64,000 bases of DNA from Bdellovibrionales bacterium. GTDB taxonomy: Bacteria; Bdellovibrionota; Bdellovibrionia; Bdellovibrionales; JAGQZY01. Of this stretch, positions 9,762-20,189 are shown piece by piece. The DNA is taken from assembly GCA_964230645.1 (NCBI GenBank), contig CAXRHT010000002.1, positions 1,472,001 through 1,536,000 of the forward strand, given 5' to 3'. Every line of letters begins with the position of its first letter. Within the stretch, counting starts at the first letter, position 1. The notes under the pieces are model-generated. The model saw only the letters and a program-made list of their open reading frames with translations. It was not told the origin of the DNA and ran no database searches. The translations under genes and the position numbers were made by a program.

Positions 9762-11615
9762 CTACTCCACGGTCACGGATTTAGCCAGATTGCGAGGCTG
9801 ATCAACATCATGCCCCAAGCGATCGGCCACGTGGTAGGCAAGAAGCTGTACTGGAATCACAGAGAGTAAGCCTGAAACCATCCAATGACATTCGGGAATG
9901 GATAAATAATGCTCACTCATGTTGGCGAGCTCCTCATCAACACCTGTACCTATGCCAATAATCACTCCACCGCGAGCTTTAGCTTCTTCAAGATTACTGA
10001 TAGTTTTTTCGTAAAATTTGTCCTTTGGACAAATGACCACACAGACCATGCGATTATCAATCAATGCCAGAGGACCATGCTTCATTTCCCCAGCGGCGTA
10101 ACCTTCAGCATGAAGGTAAGCAAGCTCCTTCATTTTTAAAGCCCCCTCCATAGCAATCGGGTAGCTTTGCCCACGCCCCAGATAGAGAAAGCCTTTGTAA
10201 TCCTTCAAAGTGTCAGCGGCTTTGTCGAAAAAGGAATCATAGGACAAAACACCTTCCATAAGACTTGGTAAGGCTAAAAGGGATTCCACGAAATTCTTTT
10301 CTTCATCACCTGAAATTTTACCCGTTTTCTCAGCTAGGTAGATAGCTAAAGTATTGAGGACTGCCAGAGAGCTTAAAAAAGCTTTGGTACTTGCCACCCC
10401 AATTTCAACGCCTGAGTTCATATACAAATGAAGGTCAGCCTCTCTATCAATTGTTGAGCGTCTAGTGTTACAAAGACTCATAGTTGTGAGACCATTTTCT
10501 TTTGCCAACCTAAGGGCGGCCAATGTGTCGGCCGTCTCCCCACTTTGAGAAATAAAAAGGGTGACCGAATTTTTATCAAGAACAGGGTCTCGGTAACGAA
10601 ATTCACTGGCCACGTCTACATCCACGGGAATTTGAACCAATGGCTCTATCAGGTACTTTGCATAAAGACCCGCGTAATAGGAAGTCCCACAGGCAATGAT
10701 ATATATTCGTTCGGCTTTATGAAGCTTTTCAAGGGCTGTTGAATCGGTCGCCGCTTCATCAAGTCCTATATTCGAAAAATTTACTTTTTTTGTGTCTACA
10801 TCTAAATAGGGATTGATGGCATTGGCTACTGCCCTTGGCTGCTCAAACATTTCTTTGAGCATATAATGTTTGAAGCCCTTTTTATCAGAGGTCGCTACGC
10901 GAATATCCACTTGTTCTACAGGCAGGCGCACTGGTTTCCCTGAGAGATCCGTAATTTCGTATTCCGAACCCTGCACTTTTACAATATCAAAATCATTAAG
11001 ATAAACCACTTTATTGGTGTGTTCGACAAAGGCTTGCACATCACTGGCAAGAAAGATTTCATTATCTGCAAGTCCTAAAATCAAAGGAGGGCCTGCTTTA
11101 AAAGCAATAATAGTGTCGGGCTCATCTTCGCTCACCACTAAGATTGCATAAGCTCCTCTCAACTTTGGAATCACCATTCGAATCGCTGACACTAAATCGT
11201 CTTGGTTCTCTAACTCTCTTGCAATTAAGTGAGTCACAACCTCGGTGTCGGTGTCGGATGTAAAGATAGCTCCGTTTGCGATCAGTTCTTTTTTTAGTTC
11301 GGAGTAGTTTTCAATAATTCCATTTTGCACCAAACTCACGCCCGATACCTTATGGGGGTGGGCGTTGTTCTCCGTTGGGAGTCCATGGGTGGCCCATCTT
11401 GTGTGGCCAATTCCCAGTCTTCCGTCAAAGTCTGTTTTTTCAATCTTACTTTCAAGCTGAGAGAGCTTCCCTGCGGCCCTATAAACATCGAAACCACTAT
11501 TATTATGAATAGCCACTCCCGCACTATCGTAACCACGATACTCGAGCTTCTTAAGACCACTCATTAAAACTTGCTTAGGAGACTTGGGTCCAAAATAACC
11601 GACGATTCCACACAT
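9762..11615 (-). CDS. glmS: Glutamine-fructose-6-phosphate aminotransferase
   Basis: MCGIVG start, LEYRGYDSAG, GHTRWATHG, PRNLAKSVTVE end. Confidence 0.99.
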   Translation of the reverse strand: MCGIVGYFGPKSPKQVLMSGLKKLEYRGYDSAGVAIHNNSGFDVYRAAGKLSQLESKIEKTDFDGRLGIGHTRWATHGLPTENNAHPHKVSGVSLVQNGIIENYSELKKELIANGAIFTSDTDTEVVTHLIARELENQDDLVSAIRMVIPKLRGAYAILVVSEDEPDTIIAFKAGPPLILGLADNEIFLASDVQAFVEHTNKVVYLNDFDIVKVQGSEYEITDLSGKPVRLPVEQVDIRVATSDKKGFKHYMLKEMFEQPRAVANAINPYLDVDTKKVNFSNIGLDEAATDSTALEKLHKAERIYIIACGTSYYAGLYAKYLIEPLVQIPVDVDVASEFRYRDPVLDKNSVTLFISQSGETADTLAALRLAKENGLTTMSLCNTRRSTIDREADLHLYMNSGVEIGVASTKAFLSSLAVLNTLAIYLAEKTGKISGDEEKNFVESLLALPSLMEGVLSYDSFFDKAADTLKDYKGFLYLGRGQSYPIAMEGALKMKELAYLHAEGYAAGEMKHGPLALIDNRMVCVVICPKDKFYEKTISNLEEAKARGGVIIGIGTGVDEELANMSEHYLSIPECHWMVSGLLSVIPVQLLAYHVADRLGHDVDQPRNLAKSVTVE

Positions 11616-12985
11616 TATTCTTTTCCTTTAAATTTCTTGGCGTAGCCTTCTTTGTTGACCTGCTTGGCTCTTCCAATGGCTAAAGCATCTTTAGGAACAT
11701 CTTTATTAATTGTTGAACCAGACGCAATGATTGTGTCGTCACCAATTTCTACAGGAGCAATCATTTGTGAGTCACTTCCTACAAAAACATTATCTCCGAT
11801 TTTTGTCTGATATTTTTTTCGGTCAGCGGCGTAATTACAAGTGATAACCCCGCACCCGATATTGGTGTTTTCACCAATCTCTGCATCCCCTAGGTAAGCG
11901 AGGTGGTTGGCTTTGGACTTGGCTCCAAATTTCACTTTCTTCATCTCGACAAAATTTCCAATTTTTGCCTCAGGCCCCACCTCAGTCTGTGGTCTTAGAC
12001 GAGCGTAAGGGCCGAGCACAACCTGCTCCCCCACTTTTGCTTTTTCAAGGTAAGAGCCCGCGCGCACCTGAACGCTTTGGCCAATTTGGCTATCTTGAAT
12101 AAAGGCATTGGGCTCTACCACACAAAAAGGACCTAACTCTGTTTTTCCTTTTAAAAAGCAGCCTGGATAAAGCACAGAGCCTGGGCCGACCTGGACGCTT
12201 TCTTCAATATAGGTATTTTCAGGATCGATAATCATCACCCCTTCTTCCATGAGCTGAAAACACTTCTCTCGGAAGATGGCTTTGGTCGCTAGTGCCAACT
12301 CTTTTTGAGTATTCACACCGAAAGCCACCGAAGGGTCTGTGAGTTTTGCTCCCACTTTTTCTCCTGCTTCGATGCATAATGAAACCAGGTCGGTGATATA
12401 GAACTCCCCTTGTTGGTTGTTGGCATGAATCTCAGGGAGGTACTTTGTTAGGATGTCCCTTTTAGCAATATAAATTCCGGTGTTAACTTCTTTAATTTTT
12501 TTCGTCTCAGCAGAAGCGTCTTTCACCTCTACGATGGCTTTAATGTTTCCCTGATGCCTTACAATTCGACCGAAAGACCCTGGGTCAGAGAGTTCTGAGG
12601 TCAGAACCATAAGATCCATTTCTTTTTCGCAAAACTCATCATAGGCTTCCTGAAGCTTTCTTGGAGAGACCAAGGGGTGATCCCCATTCATAATTAGGAT
12701 ATGATCGCTCATGGACTCTGGCGAGGCCGCTTTGACCGCATCGGCTGTGCCCTTTTGCTCCACCTGTTTGCAACAAACGATCCCCTGGGGCTCAAGAAGT
12801 TGACGCAACAGAGCTTCCCCGTAGCCTACGACCACGCGAACCTCTTCGGCTCCCATTTGGCGGACCCGGGAAATTACCCGAGTGATCATCGGATCCCCCG
12901 CGACTGGGTGCAGGACTTTAGGTAATGGGGAATTCATGCGAGTTCCCTTTCCGGCCGCAAGGACGATGGCTGATAATGCCGACAT
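11615..12985 (-). CDS. glmU: Bifunctional GlmU
   Basis: LAAGKGTRM..PKVLH and hexapeptide repeats; start at 12985 with GGAG SD; stop overlaps glmS start. Confidence 0.97.
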   Translation of the reverse strand: MSALSAIVLAAGKGTRMNSPLPKVLHPVAGDPMITRVISRVRQMGAEEVRVVVGYGEALLRQLLEPQGIVCCKQVEQKGTADAVKAASPESMSDHILIMNGDHPLVSPRKLQEAYDEFCEKEMDLMVLTSELSDPGSFGRIVRHQGNIKAIVEVKDASAETKKIKEVNTGIYIAKRDILTKYLPEIHANNQQGEFYITDLVSLCIEAGEKVGAKLTDPSVAFGVNTQKELALATKAIFREKCFQLMEEGVMIIDPENTYIEESVQVGPGSVLYPGCFLKGKTELGPFCVVEPNAFIQDSQIGQSVQVRAGSYLEKAKVGEQVVLGPYARLRPQTEVGPEAKIGNFVEMKKVKFGAKSKANHLAYLGDAEIGENTNIGCGVITCNYAADRKKYQTKIGDNVFVGSDSQMIAPVEIGDDTIIASGSTINKDVPKDALAIGRAKQVNKEGYAKKFKGKE

Positions 12986-13119
12986 TTTGACTCCTTTTGC
13001 AAAGAGGCCCAATTTAATATCCACCCCTGAAAAAAGCAACACCAAGGCCCGAGGAGAACCTCCCTGTTGTTGAAAAAACACAGTCCTTGTGACAGCCTAA
13101 TAGAATAGGAGCCACACCC

Positions 13120-14994
13120 ATGATTAGCGCCAATGCTGCCTTTCTTTCTGACCAGGAAGTCGATCTCAAAGAGTTTGGAATTGAGTGGATCGCTACGGAG
13201 CAGGCCGCGGAGTTCCTCTCCCAATCGAGCCCATCGGTACTGGCACTGCAAACAAACCCTGAGAACTTTAAAAGTCTGTTTGAGTGTGTGGAGACCCTGA
13301 AAAAAAGACAGCCTGACACTCAGGTGGTCGTTCTCTACTCAAAACTTGGCAAAGACCAGCTCAAAAAGATCATCAACCACTTGCGCCCTTTCAAAATTAT
13401 TGAAGCAAAGAGCGCCCCGGAATTAACATCGCTTTTCGAACTGGGCTTTCAAAAGTATTTTGAGAGTCAGCAGGAAAAGCAGCTCCTAGGTATGATCAAT
13501 GAAAAAAACCAAGAGCTAAAGCAGTTAACAGTCAGCTTGGAGAAAAAGGTCAACGACCGACAAACGGAACTGGAAGAGTCTCGTTTAAAAAATATCTCCG
13601 CTGGAAACCGCTTAAAAATTTTAAAAGAAACCCTGGTTCAAATCTACCAGTCCTCATCCATCCCAGAAATTGAACGTAATATTGCTCAGATTTTAAAAAA
13701 AGAATTTGAGGTGGAGTGGTTACAAATTCGAAGTCGCGCCCAAAGTAATCTCAACAATAAAAAAGGTAAAATTAAGTTTTATAAAACAAAACTCAAAGTC
13801 GGCACGCAAGAATACGGTCATATCTTTTTTGCAAAAAAAGAAAACAAGTCTTTTGATAAAAAAGAAAAAAGGTTTTTAAATCAAGTGGCCGAGGCCGTCT
13901 CACTCTCAATTGAAAGAACGGTCCAATATATAAAAAGTCAGGAATTAAAAACTCAGTGGGAAGCAACATTTGATGCCATTTCTGATCCCATCTGTCTGAC
14001 CGATCAAGACTATAATATTTTGCGAGTGAACTCGAACTTTCTTGAAAAAACTCAGATCCCCTCCTACCAGGAGACCATTGGCAAGAAATGCTATGAGAAA
14101 CTTTTCAACCGCTCAACTCCTTGTGAGGGCTGTCACCGCGGTGAAATTTTTCAAATTAGAAATCCTGGTGGAAAAAGAGATCCCGAAGTCTACGATGTTT
14201 ACTCCAACAATCTTGGAGAGAGTGACCAAGCAATATACTTTCAGATGTATCGCAACGTTACCAACGAACTCAATCTACAACGTCAGGTCATTGAAACTGC
14301 AAAGATGGCGGAGCTTGGAACCATCAGCTCAAGCATTGCCCATGAGCTAAACAATCCGATTGGGGGCATGCTCAATTTTGTGCAACTAATGAAGATGGAC
14401 CTAGAAGGCACTGAGGAGTTCTACGACGATATCCTTGAAATCGAAAAAGGCATTATCAAATGTAAAAACATCGTAAAAAATCTTTTGGGTTTTGCCCGCA
14501 AGTCTTTCAACACCGAGATCACTGCAATAAATTTAGTTGAGGTGATCGAGCAAGCCATTAAAATCACAGAGCTAAAAACACGCTCTATTGGTATTAAGAT
14601 TAAATTTGATCCCACTATAGCCGAAGCGATGGTCGAAGGGCGCTTCAACCTTTTAACTCATGCCATCCGCAATGTACTCCAGAATTCACAAGAATCATTG
14701 ATCGCCAAACGCCAGAAGGACAAGCACTTTCAAGGGGTTATCGATATCGAAATCCTGCAAGAGGAAAGTCAATTTAAAATAAAAATCACAGACAATGGGG
14801 AAGGACTTGTTGACGGCACCGAAGACAAAATCTTTGACCCACTTTTTACGACCAAAGACCCAGAAACCAACTCTGGTCTTGGTTTGACCCTGGCCTTACA
14901 AATAGTCAAAGAACATAAAGGTCAGATCTATGTAAGTACTGATAAAGACAAAAATTTGTGTATAAATGTCTTGTTTACCAAGTCTGAAGCATAG
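13120..14994 (+). CDS. Cytoplasmic sensor histidine kinase (GAF-like, PAS, HisKA, HATPase)
   Basis: WEATFDAISDP PAS start, H-box AHELNNP, DNGEG, FTTK, GLGL; no TM helix. Confidence 0.9.
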   Translation: MISANAAFLSDQEVDLKEFGIEWIATEQAAEFLSQSSPSVLALQTNPENFKSLFECVETLKKRQPDTQVVVLYSKLGKDQLKKIINHLRPFKIIEAKSAPELTSLFELGFQKYFESQQEKQLLGMINEKNQELKQLTVSLEKKVNDRQTELEESRLKNISAGNRLKILKETLVQIYQSSSIPEIERNIAQILKKEFEVEWLQIRSRAQSNLNNKKGKIKFYKTKLKVGTQEYGHIFFAKKENKSFDKKEKRFLNQVAEAVSLSIERTVQYIKSQELKTQWEATFDAISDPICLTDQDYNILRVNSNFLEKTQIPSYQETIGKKCYEKLFNRSTPCEGCHRGEIFQIRNPGGKRDPEVYDVYSNNLGESDQAIYFQMYRNVTNELNLQRQVIETAKMAELGTISSSIAHELNNPIGGMLNFVQLMKMDLEGTEEFYDDILEIEKGIIKCKNIVKNLLGFARKSFNTEITAINLVEVIEQAIKITELKTRSIGIKIKFDPTIAEAMVEGRFNLLTHAIRNVLQNSQESLIAKRQKDKHFQGVIDIEILQEESQFKIKITDNGEGLVDGTEDKIFDPLFTTKDPETNSGLGLTLALQIVKEHKGQIYVSTDKDKNLCINVLFTKSEA

Positions 14995-15002
14995 TCTGGT
15001 CT

Positions 15003-15047
15003 ATCGGAATTTTGACTTCAAAAAATTGACACTGTCAAAATGATTCC
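15003..15047. promoter_or_regulatory. Cluster of FleQ-type boxes upstream of the NtrC regulator
   Basis: ATCGGAATTTTGAC, TTCAAAAAATTGAC and palindrome TTGACA-C-TGTCAA. Confidence 0.45.
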
Positions 15048-15120
15048 CTAACCTGAAAACAGATCGGACGAAAACTTTTTCAAGAAGAAAAAGACCCTCG
15101 ATTCCAAGGAAGGATACCCC

Positions 15121-16518
15121 ATGAGCCAAGCGAAAATTCTTGTTGTTGACGATGAACAAACCTTACGAGCGGCCCTGTTTCGTATTTTCTCAAGACGTGA
15201 CTATCAGGTAATAACGACGGGAAATATCAAAGAAGCCGAGTCTGTTATTACCACAAATTCAGAACTTGAATTGGCAATTGTTGATGTGAGACTTCCTGAT
15301 GGAGATGGCATTGATTTACTCGCCACTCTTAAACAAAAGTATAATAATATACCCGTGATCGTGTTGACAGGTTTTGCTAGTATCGACGTCGCGGTCAAAG
15401 CCACCAAAATGGGTGCTTTCCATTTTATGACCAAGCCTTTTAATATTGAGGAGCTTGTGTCGATTGCTGAAAAAGCTCTCTCTCATAAAAAACTTGTTTT
15501 TGAAAACACAGAATTAAAATCGCGCCTAGAAAGTAAATATCGTTTCGATAATATCATTGGACAAAGTCAGCCTATTCGCAATGTCCTTAATATGATTGAA
15601 AAAGTGGCCGACACCGATTCTACAATATTAGTCAGTGGTGAAAGTGGAACCGGTAAAGAATTGATTGCTAAAGCTATCCATTATAATTCTTCTAGAAAAG
15701 ACAAACCCTTCGTTCCCATTAACTGTGGAGCCATTCCCAACGAACTCCTTGAAAGTGAACTCTTTGGTCACGTTAAAGGGGCCTTCACCGGTGCGATCAG
15801 TAACCGCCAAGGGCGTTTCGAAATTGCCAACAAAGGGACACTCTTTCTTGATGAGATCGGAGATCTTAGTCCCAATCTTCAAGTCAAACTACTTAGGGTT
15901 CTACAAGAACGCCGTTTTGAGCCAGTGGGAAGTGCAAAGACGATTGAGTCTGATGTGCGCATTGTTGCAGCTACGAATGTGGACTTAGCAAAAGCTGTGA
16001 AAGAAGGAAGTTTTAGAGAAGATCTTTTTTATCGCCTCAATGTTATCCCCATTCATATCCCACCTCTTAGGGAGCGCTCTGACGATATTCCTCTTTTGCT
16101 TGAACATTTTATCAATAAGTTCAATCAGCATAAGGGAATTCAGATCACGGGAATTCATCCCATGGCTTTAGAAAAACTCAAGCAATACGCCTGGCCGGGT
16201 AATATTAGAGAATTAGAAAATTTCATTGAGCGAATCAGTATCCTCAGAAAAGAAGGCATGATTGAACCTTCCGACATTCCACAACACTTTGATGATGGGT
16301 CGGGAGCCTCAATCAATGGTCAACTACCTGTGGATATTCCTGAACAAGGGATCGATTTTAATAACGCTATCGCTTCTTACGAAAATCAATTAATTATTAA
16401 TGCTCTTAACAAGACGGGATGGAATCGTAACCAAGCCGCGATCTTGTTGCGACTCAACCGCACCACTCTGGTTGAAAAAATTAAGAAAAAAGGACTCAAA
16501 CCAGAAGCGACTATTTAA
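15121..16518 (+). CDS. NtrC-family sigma54 response regulator, FleQ/FlrA-like
   Basis: REC domain, GESGTGKE, GAFTGA, C-terminal LNRTTLVEKIKK resembling the FleQ-type HTH. Confidence 0.92.
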   Translation: MSQAKILVVDDEQTLRAALFRIFSRRDYQVITTGNIKEAESVITTNSELELAIVDVRLPDGDGIDLLATLKQKYNNIPVIVLTGFASIDVAVKATKMGAFHFMTKPFNIEELVSIAEKALSHKKLVFENTELKSRLESKYRFDNIIGQSQPIRNVLNMIEKVADTDSTILVSGESGTGKELIAKAIHYNSSRKDKPFVPINCGAIPNELLESELFGHVKGAFTGAISNRQGRFEIANKGTLFLDEIGDLSPNLQVKLLRVLQERRFEPVGSAKTIESDVRIVAATNVDLAKAVKEGSFREDLFYRLNVIPIHIPPLRERSDDIPLLLEHFINKFNQHKGIQITGIHPMALEKLKQYAWPGNIRELENFIERISILRKEGMIEPSDIPQHFDDGSGASINGQLPVDIPEQGIDFNNAIASYENQLIINALNKTGWNRNQAAILLRLNRTTLVEKIKKKGLKPEATI

Positions 16519-16544
16519 ATAAATCACTCTTTTTAATTCGAACG

Positions 16545-16572
16545 AGGTCCACAATGGTGGGCCTTTTTTTTT
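16545..16572 (+). terminator. Intrinsic terminator
   Basis: AGGTCCAC-AATG-GTGGGCCT followed by a T-run. Confidence 0.8.
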
Positions 16573-17224
16573 AAGAAGATGACTTCATACTGAGCTGACG
16601 TTCCACCCAGTTGAGGAATGTGCCTGTGCAATCGAATTGAAAACGAGGTTCGATATTCTCGGGAAGGGGATGAGGGATCGGTTTCCAACGCACATGCACC
16701 GAATGAATCCCCAACTCATTGGCTGGATGAATATCGTGATGATGATCTCCCACCATAACCATTTCTTCGGGCTTGGCATCAAAAAAGTCTTTTAGAGTTA
16801 AAAGTCCATCTTTACTTGGCTTATTAGACTCCACACAGGTCCCTGAAATAATCGTTTCAAAACGATCAATCAGTCCGATCTTTGTTAGAATTCGCTTAGT
16901 CGACTCACCGTCTCGGCCCGTCCAGATGGCCAGCTTCCCTTGGTTCGACTCAATGGCTGTGAGAATTTCGTGGATCCCAGGGAAAGCTTTGATCCCCTCA
17001 GACAACTCACGCCCAACCTTAGAAAGTCTTTGCATGGCAATTTGGCTCTCTTCAGGTGGCAGGAGGTCCTCAAAAATCCGATGGGGGTGTTTGTGGCGAA
17101 TCTCTTCCATAAAATTGGCCCCCACCTCGACTTTGAAAGGCTCAAGGGTGTAGGCCAAACATTTTGAAAAGAGACCATCGGTATCTACAAGTGTTCCATC
17201 AAAATCAAAAATCCAGTACTTCAT
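16571..17224 (-). CDS. HAD-family phosphatase (Gph/PpaX-like)
   Basis: FDFDGTLVD, KP and VGD motifs. Confidence 0.9.
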   Translation of the reverse strand: MKYWIFDFDGTLVDTDGLFSKCLAYTLEPFKVEVGANFMEEIRHKHPHRIFEDLLPPEESQIAMQRLSKVGRELSEGIKAFPGIHEILTAIESNQGKLAIWTGRDGESTKRILTKIGLIDRFETIISGTCVESNKPSKDGLLTLKDFFDAKPEEMVMVGDHHHDIHPANELGIHSVHVRWKPIPHPLPENIEPRFQFDCTGTFLNWVERQLSMKSSS

Positions 17225-17450
17225 CTCTTCTTATATTGCTGAAAATGCAGGATTTTTGTCAAGTCAGCGTTCTATTCCCGGAAAATTTGGAAAACTCTCT
17301 GAAAGACCATTTATAGGGACTGCTAACGCAAAGAGATGTCTCAAAGTGATACAATTAAGTAACCGAGCAAGAATAAAGCAACAGCTGTCAAAAACATGGC
17401 TAATTACAGGCTGTTAAAAGGGCCTCAGATCAAATTTAGTGGCCCCTGGA

Positions 17451-17466
17451 TGGCCTACTTCTTGCT
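17451..17466 (+). promoter_or_regulatory. Sigma54 promoter
   Basis: TGGCCTACTTCTTGCT, GG-N10-GC; predicted +1 about at the ATG (17479). Confidence 0.65.
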
Positions 17467-17478
17467 CCTATAAAGGGT

Positions 17479-18090
17479 ATGAAGCTTTTGAAGATTTTTT
17501 CGACATTCTTATTCTTGAGTCTACTGAGTTCTCAAGCGATGAGCTTTACGGCTTTAAGAGGAAAAAGTTTTTCTAATGAAAAAGAAACACCTAAAAGGCG
17601 CGTGGCTGTTGAGTTCAAACCCGTTGCGGTTGAAGGACGAAAAGGACTCTTTACCAAATCCAATTTGGAATCCATACTTCCCGATCAGGTCAGCGAAGAG
17701 GATACGGGACGAAGTATCCGCAGTAAAATCCTTTCACAATCAGCAGAATCCTTAATGGAAGCTGACATCATAAAAAATAGTTTTCTGTTTAAAACCGCCA
17801 AGCAGGTTGAAGATTCTACGAAAATGGATGTGGCCATCAAAGCCGAGAAAACCAATGCTCTTGATAAACCTGTGGAGCATAAATTTAATTTTGATTTACA
17901 AGCTCTTAAACAAGAAGCGCGTATTATTTATGAGGGTTATATAAAATCCAAATTGGAATATAAAGCCAATCAGGATGCTTTAATCTTTTCTATTGAAGAG
18001 GCCCTATCGAACCGCTCTAAAATCCTGATCACTCACACCAATGATCGCATTCAATCAAGACAACTTTTACAGTATCAGATCAATTGGTAA
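17479..18090 (+). CDS. Secreted hypothetical protein
   Basis: Signal peptide; C-terminal beta-strand-like end QYQINW. Confidence 0.7.
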   Translation: MKLLKIFSTFLFLSLLSSQAMSFTALRGKSFSNEKETPKRRVAVEFKPVAVEGRKGLFTKSNLESILPDQVSEEDTGRSIRSKILSQSAESLMEADIIKNSFLFKTAKQVEDSTKMDVAIKAEKTNALDKPVEHKFNFDLQALKQEARIIYEGYIKSKLEYKANQDALIFSIEEALSNRSKILITHTNDRIQSRQLLQYQINW

Positions 18091-19353
18091 TCACTTTAAA
18101 GAATCTAAAGCCTTCTTCCCAATATCTTTTCGCATCTGTCGCCCCGGCCAACAGACCCTATCGGCCTGTTTATAAGCCTTTTCGATCGACTCTTGCAACG
18201 TGCTCGCAAGAGCCACGGCATTTAATACACGGCCACCATTGGTGACCCAATGATTTTCTTCAGTCAACTTTGTTCCTGCATGCAGAAAGTAAGCCTCTTT
18301 ACTTCCTGAAAAGTCGCCTTCAATAACAACATCTTTCACGGAAGACTCGGGATATTTCTCAGCGGCGAGAACCACACAAGTGGCAAAACCTTCCTTCCAT
18401 TTTAGCTGCGGCTTTTCCCCTTGGCTGATTTTATAAAACGCCTCACCCCAATCTCCATCAAGAAGAGGGAGTAGAACTTGCGTTTCAGGGTCCCCAAATC
18501 TCACATTGTACTCCAGAACCTGAGGGCCAGAGTCAGTGACCATGATTCCTATAAAAACCACACCCTTGTAATCAAAACTTTCAGCTTGAATTCCTTTTTG
18601 TGTCGGCTCCACAACTTCTTCGATAATAGTCCGGTAGAGTGAGTCTGAAATCTTCATGGGTGCAACAGTCCCCATGCCTCCGGTGTTTGGCCCTGTCTCC
18701 CCTTCAAAGATTTTTTTGTGATCCTGAGCCATGGGAAGAGCTACATAATCGGCCCCTGTGGTTAGAATAAAAAAGCTCAATTCATAGCCGGGCTGAAATT
18801 GCTCCAGAAGAGCTTCTCTACCCGCCTCACCTAAGATTTTGTTTTCAAACAAGTCGGTCGCCGCCTTTTCTAGCTCGGTTTTATCCTTACAAATAAACAC
18901 TCCTTTACCGGCAGCAAGCCCATCGGCCTTGAGTACATAAGGAGGCGTGAAGTTACTGGCTTTTTCCAGGGTCTTTTCCACACTACTAACAACTTCAAAA
19001 GCAGCTGTTGGAATTTTATGTTTTTCCATAAACTTTTTAGAGTAGATTTTACTGCCCTCAAGCTTTGCCCCTTGTTCACCGGGTCCAAACACGGCCAAAC
19101 CTTTCTGGCGCAACTGGGAGGCAAGACCTTGCACAAGAGGATCTTCAGGGCCAATCACCACAAGCTCAATATCATTTTCAATACAGGCTTTATGAATCGA
19201 GGCACTCTCGACTTCCACAGAGAGTTGGGTGACCTCTTTTCCCATACCTTGATTGCCCGGCAGGGCGAAGACTTTATTAATAAACGAGCTTTCAAGAAGG
19301 GCGTGAACGAGAGCGTGCTCTCTCCCCCCTTTTCCGATGACAAGGGCTTTCAT
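18091..19353 (-). CDS. purD: Phosphoribosylamine-glycine ligase
   Basis: GKGGREHAL, KADGLAAGKGV, GPNTGGMG, EYNVRFGDPE. Confidence 0.98.
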   Translation of the reverse strand: MKALVIGKGGREHALVHALLESSFINKVFALPGNQGMGKEVTQLSVEVESASIHKACIENDIELVVIGPEDPLVQGLASQLRQKGLAVFGPGEQGAKLEGSKIYSKKFMEKHKIPTAAFEVVSSVEKTLEKASNFTPPYVLKADGLAAGKGVFICKDKTELEKAATDLFENKILGEAGREALLEQFQPGYELSFFILTTGADYVALPMAQDHKKIFEGETGPNTGGMGTVAPMKISDSLYRTIIEEVVEPTQKGIQAESFDYKGVVFIGIMVTDSGPQVLEYNVRFGDPETQVLLPLLDGDWGEAFYKISQGEKPQLKWKEGFATCVVLAAEKYPESSVKDVVIEGDFSGSKEAYFLHAGTKLTEENHWVTNGGRVLNAVALASTLQESIEKAYKQADRVCWPGRQMRKDIGKKALDSLK

Positions 19354-19478
19354 AATGACTCCTGGATTGCTGGTTTTTAGCTAACTTTAATTCCCAGCCG
19401 GGTCAACGCTCAAGAGCTTTGATTTGTTATAACAAGCAATGAGGTGACAGCGGCGCGCAACCTCTGCATAATTTATCC

Positions 19479-20189
19479 ATGACTTTTATTTTCAGCCTTC
19501 TACTCTCCTTGGCTTGGGGTATTGAGATTCCCAATCAGCTCACTGGTTCAGACCAGGTGAAAATGCTCAATATTATCGGCTTGGGAGCTCAACCGAAAGT
19601 TCTATCGAACGCCTATCCTCTAGGAGGCTATAGTGGGCTGGAATTAAGCTTGACCCTTGAGGCCATCAACACAAGAGAAATCGCACAACTGGGCTCAGGG
19701 GCTCCTCAAACGGAAACCTTTTACTACCCCTCATTAACTGTTGGTAAGGGACTCTATAACAGCGGCGATATTTTTATCCACTTTACTCCCCCAAGAAAAA
19801 CGCAAGAACTCACCAAATTCGGAGCCAGCTATCGCTGGAACTTTTATCAAGCACTTTTCCTTCCTCTTAACTTTTCCCTTGTTCTTCATGGAGGCCTGAG
19901 TAACCTAAAAAATAAACTTGTCACTCGAAATTTGGGGGGAGACTTGGTTCTCGGTCTTATGATCCAAGAGTTTTCATTTTCTATTGGAGGCGGTTACGCT
20001 AATTCTTCGGGGCAATTTACCGGTGGAGTCAACGGAGTCACTACCTCTAACAATGAAGAGCATCGCAAAGTGGAAAGCAGCCACTTTATGATTGGCGCCT
20101 CTTACAACTTTGAGCCCTTTTTTATAGGTGTGGCTGTCGATCGCTATGAAACGACAGTTTATAGTGTAAAGTCTGGAGTACTTTTCTAA
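19479..20189 (+). CDS. Putative outer-membrane beta-barrel protein
   Basis: Short signal peptide, alternating Gly/aromatic strands, terminal Phe. Confidence 0.6.
   Translation: MTFIFSLLLSLAWGIEIPNQLTGSDQVKMLNIIGLGAQPKVLSNAYPLGGYSGLELSLTLEAINTREIAQLGSGAPQTETFYYPSLTVGKGLYNSGDIFIHFTPPRKTQELTKFGASYRWNFYQALFLPLNFSLVLHGGLSNLKNKLVTRNLGGDLVLGLMIQEFSFSIGGGYANSSGQFTGGVNGVTTSNNEEHRKVESSHFMIGASYNFEPFFIGVAVDRYETTVYSVKSGVLF

Noticed and set aside
11600..11640. glmS ribozyme
   Set aside because: glmU stop overlaps glmS start, so there is no leader.
17281..17345. c-di-GMP-I riboswitch (GGAAAAC…GAAA…ACGCAAA-like words)
   Set aside because: Required stems and spacing do not form.
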